Part shown: positions 1 to 12,128 of the stretch, piece after piece
Position numbering within the stretch: the first letter of the stretch is position 1
Layout of the letters: every line of letters starts with the position of its first letter
Assembly (NCBI GenBank): GCA_054661495.1
Contig: BAAFSQ010000042.1
Location: 1 to 32,000 of the forward strand
Origin: Zygophlyctis sp. KS116
Taxonomy: Eukaryota > Fungi > Chytridiomycota
DNA: 32,000 nucleotides
Reading direction: 5' to 3'
Made by a program: the position numbers and the translations under genes
Notes under the pieces: model-generated
Databases searched by the model: none
Told to the model about the DNA's origin: nothing
What the model saw: the letters and a program-made list of their open reading frames with translations, nothing else

Positions 1-90
1 TAAAATTTAGTGCATTTTAGTAAAAAAAAAATTTAGATTTTCAGAAAATGAGGGCCAATGGTCCCACAGGAAAAATCGGACACACACACC

Positions 91-3000
91 TCATCCCTCA
101 AATTCTGGGCAATTGCGCTTTTGGGTCAAGTAGAAAATCAATTTCTCGGCCACATGATAGCTTGAGCTTTCAACTTGGTTTTTTTGACAGAATTTGTTCC
201 AGATTAGTAAGAGTTCTTCATCAGAAAAGTCTTCAAAAATAAAAGCCGACTCCTTCGGAAATCTACGCATTAAACCAGGATTTTGATTTCGAAGCATTTG
301 ATTGATTTGCTCGTCATAACCAATCAGAATGACTGAGATATCATCATTTTCAGTTCCTTGAACTTTTTCAACCAATACATCCAAAACTTGTTTGCCATAA
401 AGATTATCGTTTAGCGCATATGCTTCGTCAATTACTAGTACCTTTCCGCGGGCATTATCGATTATCGAATTAGCTTTTTTTTGAGATTCTCCAATGTACC
501 CACCAATAAAATCAGAGGCTGTTTTCAGAACCACGTCTCCAATTGAAAGGAAGTTCAGGTGCTTTAAAAGAGTTCCGTAAAATTCTGCAAATTTAGTCTT
601 TCCAGTTCCTGGATTTCCCAAAAATAACCGATTTAGATTCAGAGGCAACGTTGGCATTCCCTTCAGCTCTAATTCATAATTTTTCTCACTTATAGAAACC
701 AGTTCTTTCACACATTTTTTAATCTGCTTCCATCCAATCATACCATCAATATCTTTTAAAACTTTTTGAACCTTTTCGTTTTTCATTGGGTTGCATCCGG
801 CAACATCTTCCAAAACCAGCCTCATTTCGCCATGCCAGTCCGGACGAGCGCATGCCTTTCTGGTAGCTTGTTCAATCTTCTGCCTGACTGCTCTAGCGTT
901 ACCGAATCCTTTTCTATTGGCAAGTTTGCTCAACTTGCGAACAACAAGCTGCCCCACATTTTCATCTGCATTCCAACATTTTCGATTTAGCTCGTAATTC
1001 CAAATTTGTAGAAGTTCATTTTCATCAAAGTCGTCAAAGATAATACACTGGAAACGACTTTTCAGTCCTTCGTTGTATGCGAAAAGTTTGTTGGATATAT
1101 CATCTTCGTATCCAGCCAAAAAAATCGACAAATTCTTTCGTTCTTTTTCAGAAGCTACAAGAAGCTCAGAAATTATTGCTTTGCCTTGAGCATCTCCCGA
1201 AGGATCCAAATCGTATGCTTCGTCTATAAAAAATGTTCCACCGTGTGCTTGTTTTAATTGGTTTCTAAATTTAGCTGGCCCATTATCCTTCAACATTTGT
1301 GCAGAAGTTTCAGTAAAATCCGGTTTGGTCCTAAGTCCGCATTCACAAAGTATCTCTGCGAAAAGCCGTGCTGCAGTTGTTTTTCCTGTACCAGGATTCC
1401 CCAAAAAACAGAAATTTAGCTGAGGGAGATTTTCTTCACGTGCTTCAATCGGCATTTTCTTTAACGCTAATGATAATTTAAAGATTTCGAATGCAACTAT
1501 TTTAATTTTTTTCCATCCAATAAAATCCATAAGCTTATCCATAGACAAGGAATGTACATTTTCGGCCTTCTTGAAAAACGTCCATTGTTCTTTTGGAGAT
1601 AGATCCAAATCATTCCGACGTTGATTATCCTGAGGGTCACAAGGAACATTTTCTATCAACTGGAGTTCGTCTTCAGTGAGCCATTTCTCTCGCGCCAAAG
1701 GATATATTTTGGAAAATATTTTCAGTAAAGCTTTTTTATCTGTAGTAGTGTTTTGAGTATCATCTGAACCACGAGCTAGTGTTTTGAGTATCATCTGAAC
1801 CACGAGCAATCGCTACTAGCACCAATGGATGCAATTTGACGGCTTTTTTACAATAATTTCTGAAGTTCGTTCTCGCTTCATCTAATTGATTGTGCGCTAG
1901 GAGTTCCAGACAACGGATTAAGTCAAATTCTGGTTCCCTAAAAATTATCTGGTTTTTTTCGACAGTCTCAAGATATTTTAGACCAGCAAACATACGGATC
2001 GATTTTTCTTTCCTGAAATTTGAAAATCTTAATTTGGTCAGCAGCTCTTTCTCTATTGAAGGTTTGGAGCAGGAATTTAGAAACAACGACTTTCCGTTCC
2101 AATCTTCTGCCATAGGTGTTTTCAGATGCGATAATACTTTACGAGCTAAATGAAAATGTTCATTAGCCAGTGAAGAAGCCCGAGATATGCCTGGAAGTAT
2201 CAATTTGATATTTGAACTTATAGAAAGTGATTGATCCTGGCCAAGACCGTCCGGCATCAATTCCAGAAGTTTTAACATCTTTGCTTTGTCAGCCTTTATC
2301 AATATTGAGGGATAAATACAATACGGATCCCAAAAAACGAATGAACCTGAAGAAGACAAATTAACCGCATCAAAGCCTTTGGCCTCATACCATTGCAAAA
2401 CCCACCGAGAAACTTGAGTGATATAATCATTTTCAATTGGATTTCTAGATTTTTTTGTACCTTTCACATTTCGTTGGGCTTTCTTCGGTATGCCAGTTGG
2501 CTTCGGCATTCCAGTTGGATATTTAAGTAAATGAGCTGAATATCCATATCCAAAAATAATATTAACCAAACTTTTATCCGTTGGAAGCGAAACTAGTAGC
2601 TTTTCAAGGTTTTCCTTGCACCAAAAAAGAACTTCAATTCCGTTTAAGGAAGAAGGGGTAATATTTGTAGGCAACTTTATTTCTGTCTTATGCCGACCAG
2701 CAACCCAGAAACATGGGATATTCTGTGGAGATGCCTGGCATTTATACCATATATCGTCATCATTTGCAACAAGGCGACTAAGCAGATGAATCTTTTTTTG
2801 TATGAACTCTTCACCAAATTTGAAATCAGGCTCATGATATTCTATTTCTTCATTTTTTATGAATGAAACAATTTCATTCGGTATGGAAGGAAGAGCGTGT
2901 TTGATTTTATCGTTTGCTAGAGAATCTAGAGCCACGATTTCTTCGGTGATTGAGCACGTAGGACACGCATTTGGAATTCCATCTGAACAAATATTAAGCT

Positions 3001-6000
3001 TAAATGAATGATGATTTTTGGAGCATTTCCAATCCAAAATCTTGTCACAGCGAGGGATTTCTGGTGAATCACATGGCATATTGATAAGCGATCCGCAATT
3101 GGAAAAATTCCAGCACTGTTTTTCAGAATTAGTTCTGCATTGAAGAGAGATCTCACCATTCACATATTTTCTGTAATTTGAGCAAGATGTTGTAATTAAA
3201 TGGTTGCATTTCAATGGAAGCGATACTTCTTCCTGACAAGCTGCCAGCTGCATTCTACCATCTTTTGACTTGAATAATTCCTGAAAAGCAGTACCACATT
3301 CTGAAATCACATGATGCTCACATTCATCCCGAATAACAGTTATTTTTTCGATGCAATTTAATAACACGTCACTTTTTCCATCTTTAAGATTCATTTTAAT
3401 GGGAAGAAGAAAACTCTGAGCCATACTTGAGTCCAGAAAAAGGTTTTGTAGTTGATCATTTTTTAAATCCAGAGAATTCCAACAAGACATTGTTTCTATA
3501 TCTCTTTGATTGCAGGCTACATTCAAATTATGACCACACAATGGGCTACTTATTTGACAAAGTTTTAGGCAATCTCTTTTCATTATCTGGGCATCTTTAC
3601 ATGCCATTATCTCTTCATGACCACAAATTCTTACTACATTAACAGGTTTCGTACATAAAACCCCAAATTTACTGGCAGTAAATGTATCAACACCTTCCGT
3701 TACGCTGCTGATTACATGTGAGCTGTTAGATTCCAACAGTTTATCTATTCCAAGCTTGTTTTCACATTCAGTCCTTAGTAAGTGACGACAAGTTGGGTTT
3801 TTGATACTAATAATTTCTGAGCAAGGAAAAATATGAGAAGATCGTGAAAATGCATCATCACAACTCATTCTGACTTCATGGCCACAAAGTTTTTTAAGAA
3901 CGGAACTAACTTTGCATATATAATCAACAGGTCCGTAAGATTGTCCTTCCAAAACTCCATTTTCTGATACATTGCATGATCCGCCAGTCCAAGACTTCAA
4001 TTGGATGCTTTGCATGCATGGAACAGTTGCCTTGTGTCGACAACGAGGAAGAAGAATATCCACATTTTGAGGGCAGACAAAAGTACTAGGATCGAGCGTA
4101 AATTCATATTTTAAGAAACAATCCAGTGTCACAGAATGACCACAGGTTCCAATATATTGGCATTTTTGATTGCAAGGCGGAGGTTTTGTTTTTGAAGTGA
4201 GGTAATTCATGATCAAATGGCATGATCCGTGCAGCTCATGCTTGCAATCAGGATAAATATATGCCGTTAGAGACTTTTTTTGGCAAATAGGAATTAATGA
4301 CCGATCAGCAATGATTTTCTGATACTGCGAGCATGGTATTTTTATCCTATGCGTACACGGAAGTGTAAATTCTTCCTGGACGGAGCACGCAAGCGTCACA
4401 TCCGAACATTTAACTTTTTGGCTAGGATGTATCAGACATTCAGAAGGTAGCAGCTGATCACATCTATTTTTGTGTGTAAGACAAGGCCAATGGCACTTCA
4501 AGCCGCATGGGTGGCCACATTTCAAAATCGAGTCGCATTCCAGATGGCAAAACCCTGCTATAAGCTCGTCTGCCTTTTGAATTGATTTTATCTGCTTGGG
4601 GTGAGCTGGGCAATTAATCGGAAGAGATGAGTCCATGCGATTTTGCATAAACTCTTCGGTTTGAACCATATTTATATCATCGTGATCATCCGTTCTATCC
4701 ACAAAAGGCTGCTGAAATCTTTTCACAGTTTTTTGCCAATGCGATACTTGATTTCTGTCAAAATAAGCGGCATTTCCTACAATATACATACCGATCCGTG
4801 CTCTACTTAACAAAACAATCATTCTATTTTGGAGCTTAACAGAAGGTGTTTTAGATACCCCATCAATAACCAAAGATACAATTACAATGTCAGCCTCATC
4901 ACCTTGGAATCGATCAACTGTAGATAATCTGATTGAATCATTAGGATTGCCAATGAGCGTGAATGGTGGCTTTTTAAGCAAATTTCGTAGCAAAATCAAT
5001 TGACCTTTGTAAGGAGTAATTATAACAATAGATTGTTTAGGGACTCCATTATCAACTAGATATTTTGCAAGCTTACAGACCATATCACCTTCCACATTAT
5101 TAACTTTTGATAAACCAACTTTCGAATTTGTTTGTGCTCCTCCGTGACTCCAAAAAAAAACATCACATGCAATACCTGGAACATGCAGCCCACGCCCCGC
5201 AGATTTAGATAATATCGCAGATGTTCTTAAATTTGAATCCTGTCCAATCAATCGCTTAGTTACAAGTTTGTCATCTTTAATTTCTGTGATGCCAGAATAA
5301 AACGATCTAGTAAAATCACTGATTTCCTTTCGCATTCGACGCTGTATAGAAAGTACATGGTATGGAGCACATAATTCTTTCTGAGCTCTTATTAATCTTT
5401 CAAAAAGTGAACATTTAATTTTGTTGATTTTTTCAAACTCGTACTTCGAATTCACACTTGGCTGTAGTTGTAAATGATCACCTATCATTTCGAGCTTTAT
5501 TGTTGAGCTTCCAATACAAGAAAAAAGAATCGGCTCCAAAACTTCTGATGCTTCTTCAACCAGAATGGCGAAAGGATTAGTTCCTCTGATTGCATCCAAT
5601 CTAGAAACACATCCTACAATTGTACCGGCTATTACTGCTTTTCCTTCATAAACACCAGACCGACTTTGAATCAAGGCAATGTGATACTCCCGCTGCTTTT
5701 GCTTAAATGAAGTATCCAGCTGTTTGAAGCATTTCGGATATAATGATATAGCATATTCAATATATTTTCTTATAGCATTCAGTCTTTCCAAATGACCCAT
5801 ATCCCAATCCCATGAGTTCGGTAATTTAATTTCAGTTAGTTCCATTTCATTCGGCCCAACAATTTTGGAAAAGTGGGTTCTATCAGCGGGCTCCTCCATT
5901 ATCTCTTCAAATTCATAAACTTCAAAAATATCTCTTAAATGCTCGAAGTTGTCCTCTCCTTCCGAGTCTGCATCAGAACATTCTTGCTCATTTACAATTT

Positions 6001-9000
6001 CAATATCAGATCCTATAGATATGTCATCATCAACATTAATAATATCTATTGCATCTTCATAAATATGCTTATCAGAATCACTAAGAACGATATTATCAGC
6101 ATTTGGGGAATCTAATTCCTGACTAATTATTGAATTGTGCGAAGAAATATCTATTTCCAAAATGTTCATCCCATCCTTGCTATTAGAGTTACCATCTTTC
6201 AAACTATCATAATTTTTGTTATTTCCTAGCATTTGTTTATGATCGTTGCAATACAAAGAGCCTTCAATTCGATCCCCTTTACACGGTTTTCCTTTAGATG
6301 TAGTGGCAGAACATTTTCCATTCTGCGTAGACCTTAAATGTTCAATATGATTCACCTCCTGATGGTTGATACAATAAGGATTGTTCTGGGATTTTCCGCG
6401 ATCCCGACATTGGTCTCCTATTTGAGATTAGAAACACAAAAATAAGTACCTCGTCTTGTTTTTGCTTTGCAGCGGATAGGCTTATGATCATGGCAATAAG
6501 TTTGGAACGGCATTGCTAACTGTTGACAAATTATACCGTAATTATTATGAGACATACAAAGTATGTGATTTTCGCAAGTATTTCGGGGAGGATCATCAAG
6601 TGCGACTTCTGCAACTAATCCAGATTCCAAGCAGACCCAGCAAGCGTGCGAATCACAATATAATTGATTTATATCCAGAACTCGCGGTTGATCGCAGTCT
6701 GTCTCTTTACAGCTATGCTCAACGCAAAAACTTTTTCCTTCAGTTGCAGAATTCAAGCATTTTTTCATATTTACGCCATTTTCGAATTCACAAGAATGCA
6801 AAGCACAAAAAGGACCACCCACATCGGCGATTGTTAAACATTCACTATATGCACACTTTGGCGCAGGCTTAAAGTTTGTAATGAAGTTAAAAATAATTTC
6901 GGCTAAACTCATCGGGCCGACGTAGTGTTTAACACCATCAAAGAGCTTTTCTACTAAATGAACAGAAGAATTTCCCAGTACTTTTGCTACATTGAAACTG
7001 CTCGGTGGGTTATCATGTATTGAATCCATGAAGCCAACCCAAGATAATATTTTTGCCAAAGTATCCACATTTTCATAGACTGATTTGTTATCAAATGATT
7101 GTGACACCAAATCTTCTTCGTCCAAATAAAATCCTTTCAGCTTCATAAAAAAAGCTCCCAGACTTTCAATTTCCCCGTGAAGTACGTTAAGTTCTAAAGT
7201 AAAATTTCAATAATTACCCGTTCTCAACTTATGAACAAGGGGCAGTGATCTCCTCATCTTCTTTTCAGAGTATGCAGCTAATTTTGAATCTGGAGAATCC
7301 CCCATCCTAATCATCCGTACGAATGGCTCGGCCTTAATTAAATCAAGCAAAAACTCGTCTATAGCATGATTTTTGTAAGAAAGTATAAGAATCGGCGGCT
7401 CGCCAGCAGAGGGAGAAACTTTCATCCAAAGAGAACGAACAATTAAAAGTGCGCGAGCCATCACTACACCCACATACGACTTTCCAGTACCTGGCGGTCC
7501 CTGTGTACAGTGAACAGGATGCGTTATACATCCCATAAAACTGTCAAATTGTTCAGCATCCAAGTTAGCTTTTTGAACAAGTGCGGCCAAATTTCGAACG
7601 AGCTCCAATCGACAATGTGCATTTCGCCGAATTCTAATAATCTAACTATAAATTGAAGTTTTCTTACAGGATCTAACAGACTTTCATCCACCATCTTGGC
7701 AATCTTTTTTGTCACTTCATCAAATTCCATAATCTCAATATCATGATAAGTCAGCTCGAATGATGCATCATCAATTGAATCTTGATCCTCGACATTTTCG
7801 TCCTCGTATTCATTATCTTTTTCATCCTTATTTTGAAAATCTTCCTTTGAGCTATAGGGATGTGCTCCAATATTCAGATTATCAGCCAGGGGCAACCGGG
7901 AATATCTTTGATCTTCTATAGCCTTTAAAACAGGTATATATTCAGGCACAAATGTCTGACAGTCAATTATTGCAACATCAGCGCCAATATCTAACATGGT
8001 GCAATCATCAGCTAAATTGATGCCTTTTTCTAAGTAAACCTCCTTCAAGATTGTAACAACAACTTTCCCTTGTTCCCTTTTAGAAAATTCTGAAAAAGAG
8101 TCTGTATGAAAACCAATTTCAGCCCAAATAATTTTATCATTGAGCGAAAGGCCTGCTCCTCGGGTAGGCAGCATAACTAAACCAACCAAGTTGGAGCTCT
8201 TTAATCTAGATGTCGTTTTCCAGTGTATGCGCTCTGGAGGCCTTCGACTTTGTACGTTTTCAATGAAAATCCGATTATCAAAAGATTTTTTCACAATAAT
8301 CCCATCATAAATATGGCTGGAAGCCTTTGGTCCAGGAGGACCTTTTAAGTTGTTGCGAGTAACTTGGGCGCATTTCGAACAGAGGCCTTTTTCATGAAAC
8401 TTGTTTCCACAAACCAAAATCGCCTTTGAATCACATCCTTTACTTCGACAATCCCCGATAAAATCTCCTCCGTCAGCTCTCCACAAGAGACGACCACACT
8501 CTTTACCATGCTCCAATTGTTTGCAATGTGGAGAAATGATCGAATTACCATCACCAAAAGTCATTGCGACCCATACTTTTGTAATCGTATCAAAATATTC
8601 TGCGCTATCTGAATAGATTCCTCCGTATCTAGTATCAGGGCCCTTAAAGACAGGAAGCAGATTGGGTTGGAAATTTGTTAAATCCGATAACCATCCAATA
8701 GAACAATCTCTCCATTCTGTATACTTTGTAATCAGATTTTCTGTATCCTCTTGTATCTTATTGTACTTTATCACCCAAGGCTTTTCTAATTCATTTAAAA
8801 TATCTGTAATCTGCTTTTGCAAATTACGATGCTCCTGATTTTTAAAGGACAAAACTTGTGCAGCCTCTGCCAATGTAGCATTTAAGTGATATTTAACATC
8901 ACCTCTTTCTATATCCCATGTGATATTTAAAATACGTTTGACAGTATCTAGCACAATTTCTACTGGTTTTACGAGCGCATCATTTTGTAATCCAATCGAC

Positions 9001-9463
9001 TTGACACTATTTTCAACAAACAATATCAAAGTATTTGATACATTTTGAATTGACAGTGATCGCAGCTCTTCATTAGAAGACACAGGAAACTTTGCTAAAG
9101 CCAAGATCAAAATCTCCAAATCCTTCAAAGAGATATTTTTCGGATTAGCCCAACAATCATGCCACTCCTTTTTAAATTTCACTATAATAGCCGGTAGCTT
9201 TGATGGAACAATCAAGGATTTTCTCAAGGCTGGTAAGAGTACTTTACCATTACTTTTCTGATCTTTCTGATCTTTTTGATCTTTCTGATCATTTGCATTC
9301 CGAGAAACTATTTCTTTAAAATGTATAAAGTACAATTATTCTTCTTCAAAACATGCGAATATTTGCATTTAGAACCAAACTTGCACGTCCCAGTCTTTGA
9401 ATACTCATTACAGGTTTTAGAATTATTCCTTTTAGCATTAATTGATTGATATTACCGATTCAT
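91..9463 (-). CDS. Giant ZNFX1/Upf1-like SF1 helicase fused to CCCH finger, Zn-finger arrays, PARP-like segment and tandem CbbX/SpoVK AAA+ domains (~3070 aa; frameshifted by a 31-nt duplication, possibly a pseudogene)
   Basis: Exons 9463-9456, 9428-9334, 9307-7668, 7641-7218, 7193-6450, 6417-91. GT-AG introns 9429-9455 (27 nt), 9308-9333 (26), 7642-7667 (26), 7194-7217 (24), 6418-6449 (32) join the ORF-track pieces in frame. Motifs: C-x8-C-x5-C-x3-H (CNEYSKTGTCKFGSKCKYSH); SF1 motifs QGPPGTGKS, SYKNHAID, VEEASE, IGDHLQL, QRRM, TVDRFQGDEAD, VLLSRAR; repeated LxCGH/CxH NFX1-like fingers; two GNPGTGKT ... IDEAY ... GY AAA+ modules. Frame break at 1746-1807. Confidence 0.85.
1746..1807. repeat. 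Perfect 2 x 31-nt tandem duplication inside the helicase-AAA gene
   Basis: TAGTGTTTTGAGTATCATCTGAACCACGAGC at 1746-1776 and 1777-1807. ARGSDDTQNT appears at the end of ORF 1760..6355 and again at the start of ORF 91..1809. Confidence 0.97.
9255..9290 (-). repeat. 9-nt coding repeat, (DQK)x4
   Basis: GATCARAAA-type unit four times, encoding DQKDQKDQKDQK just after the CCCH finger. Confidence 0.85.
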
Positions 9464-9738
9464 TTTTTTTTCTTTCCCTTTTTGACCAATTTTTACAGTT
9501 CGGACAATCTGCAGACGATCAGTTTGCATTTGTTTTAGAACTAGGACTGCGCTCTGGTGAATAAAACTTGGATTTTGGATTTGCCCCAATCAGACACGCC
9601 TTCGTGCGTCTCAAGTGGAGCAACAGGGCCATTATGCCATAGTAATCATAGAGTAGCATCTACATAGTAGTTTCTAGTAAATATTTGTAATAAAAATAAA
9701 TCATTTTAAAAATAAACAAGTTCTATTGTGCTTTACAA

Positions 9739-9982
9739 TCAATGATTGTTAATCTGAAATCTTCCCAGAGACAGTGGTTTAATTTCTACAATCAGATTAT
9801 TTTTCCTGATTGAGATTGGTAGTGATGTATTTACATTTGATGCATTTGGTAATTCTGGAGGAAGTTTAAAATCATGCATTTGGCATCCTATGGTTACTAT
9901 TTAGCAATTTACCACGAGAACAATACAATGTATTATCATTGGCTAGCTTCTTCTCACAGACTAAACACCATGCCAGATCCAT
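9739..9982 (-). CDS. ECL1: Ecl1-family small zinc-binding protein (72 aa)
   Basis: Exons 9982-9913 and 9887-9739, intron 9888-9912 (25 nt). Spliced product MDLAWCLVCEKKLANDNTLYCSRGCQMHDF... has the Ecl1 C-x2-C...LYCS-x2-C-x3-D signature. Not in the ORF track. Confidence 0.85.
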
Positions 9983-10162
9983 CTAATATTTTCTTGTAAA
10001 TTTCCTACAAACGAACACATGATGTGAAAAGCATATCATCAGCTGACTATTGGGAACGGATGTAAACCTGTCCGCAACGATCATACATAATTGTTTATCT
10101 AGTATTATAATTGAGATTTGGTATCTAGAGCAGACAGAATAAGGGTAGTGTTAAGATTTGAA

Positions 10163-12099
10163 ATGTTTGCAAGAATCAGATCGTTTTCTACTCTGCCAAA
10201 AGAGTCTGCGTTTATGGGATTGTCTGGCGGACAAATATTTCATGAGATGATGTTGAGGCATGATGTTAAAGTCATCTTTGGTTATCCAGGAGGTGCGATC
10301 TTGCCAGTTTATGACGCAATTTATGAGTCAAATTACTTTGATTTTGTGTTGCCTCGGGTAGGATTAAAAATACTGATAAATAGCATGAACAGGGTGCTGG
10401 GCATATGGCTGAAGGTTATGCGAGAGTAACGGGAAAACCTGGGGTGGTTTTGGTGACTTCTGGGCCTGGTGCCACAAATATGATTACGCCAATGCAAGAT
10501 GCGCTCTCTGATGGGCTTCCAATGGTGGTCTTTTGTGGTCAGGTACCAACTACAGCAATTGGTACTGATGCTTTTCAAGAAGCTGATGTTATTGGGATTT
10601 CTAGATCTTGTACAAAATGGAATGTTATGGTAAAGGATACGTCAGAGTTACCAAGGAGGATCAATGAAGCTTTTGAGATTGCTACAAGTGGACGTCCAGG
10701 TCCAGTTTTGGTTGATTTACCAAAGGATGTTACAGCTGGAGTTTTAAGAAAGAAGATTGTAGGTGGGATAGATGCGTTTATTCCTGGAAAAAAGCGAGAA
10801 CAAGATTCAATTTCCTCTGCAACAATGAGTGCATTGCTTAAAACTGCAAATGCTATAAATAATGCTCAAAGTCCTATTTTGTATGTTGGCGCTGGTATAC
10901 TTTATTCTCCTGAAGGACCATCTTTGCTTAAAGCTTTGGCTGATAAGGGGAATATTCCAGTTACAACAACTTTGCAAGGCTTGGGTGCGTTTGATGAATT
11001 GGATCCAAAGTCTTTACATATGTTGGGAATGCACGGAAGTGCTTATGCAAATTTAGCTATGCAAACTGCTGACGTTATTGTTGCCTTAGGAGCCAGATTT
11101 GATGATCGTGTAACTGGTAATCTCAAAAGTATGTATTTTGGTTTAAATATTTAGAATTCGCTCCTGCAGCTAGAAGAGCGGCATTGGTTAAAAAAGGAGG
11201 GATATTTCAGTTTGAAATTGCACCAAAGAATATCAATAAGGTTGTGCAGGTTGATACTGCTATTGAAGGAGATGTGGCTAAAAATTTGAAGCATTTGATT
11301 CCAATGATTGAATCAAAACCACGCTCGAGATGGTTTGCCCAACTAAATGAATGGAAACAAAAATATCCATTCACTTACACCCCATCTCTTCCAGGAGCTA
11401 TTCTTAAGCCTCAAGAAGTCATCGAGGAGTTGAATAGACAAACTGAAGGGATGAAGGATAATGTTATTATCACTACTGGTGTCGGGCAACATCAAATGTG
11501 GGCTGCGCAATACTTTAGGTAAATTTCGAATTTTAATAATGTAGATGGCGAAGTCCACTTTCCTTTGTAACTTCTGGAGGACTTGGAACTATGGGTTTTG
11601 GATTGCCTGCGGCTATTGGAGCAAAAACGGCATTTCCTAACAAAATTGTAGTTGATATTGATGGGGATGCATCATTTTCAATGACTGGTATGGAATTGAT
11701 GACAGCCAGACAGCACAATATTGGAGTCAAGGTCCTTATCTTGAACAATGATTTCCAGGGAATGGTAATTTTTTAATATAACTTTAGGTAAAACAATGGC
11801 AAGATCTCTTTTATGATAAAAGATATTCTGGAACAACAATGAAAAATCCTGATTTTGTTAAATTTGCAGAGTCAATGAATTGTAAGGGGCTCAGGGCCAG
11901 TACAAAAGAAGAACTACCTTCAGTGATGGCAGAGTTTTTGGCGACAGATGAGCCTGTTGTGCTCGATGCTAAAGTTGATAAACGTGAGCACGTATTTCCA
12001 ATGGTGCCTGCTGGTATGGGATTACATGAAATGGAGTTGGGAGAGACAAAGCTGCACGAGCCCAATCACAAATTTACAAACTCATTCATGGCGCCATAA
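10163..12099 (+). CDS. ILV2: Acetolactate synthase catalytic subunit, mitochondrial
   Basis: [12 protein letters not shown]|[51 protein letters not shown] motif. Introns 10358-10383, 11129-11154, 11519-11544 (26 nt each) and 11765-11787 (23 nt). Confidence 0.96.
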
Positions 12100-12128
12100 A
12101 TAGAAAGAAAATATTTTGATGAATACTA

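Noticed and set aside
1746-1807. CRISPR-like 31-nt direct repeats
   Set aside because: There are only two adjacent copies with no spacer, inside a CDS.
91-1809. Stand-alone CbbX (Rubisco activase) or SpoVK gene suggesting a bacterial or algal origin
   Set aside because: It is the C-terminal part of the helicase gene, separated only by the 31-nt duplication, and the context is a spliced eukaryotic locus.
48-3642. Short + strand ORFs (48..242, 766..990, 791..997, 1890..2153, 3427..3642) and similar small ORFs elsewhere in the track
   Set aside because: They are antisense or off-frame shadows of well-supported genes and have no recognisable motifs.
9541-9660. Relatively GC-rich intergenic patch upstream of the helicase gene
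   Set aside because: No convincing structure or ORF; it is probably promoter sequence (contains CCAATC).
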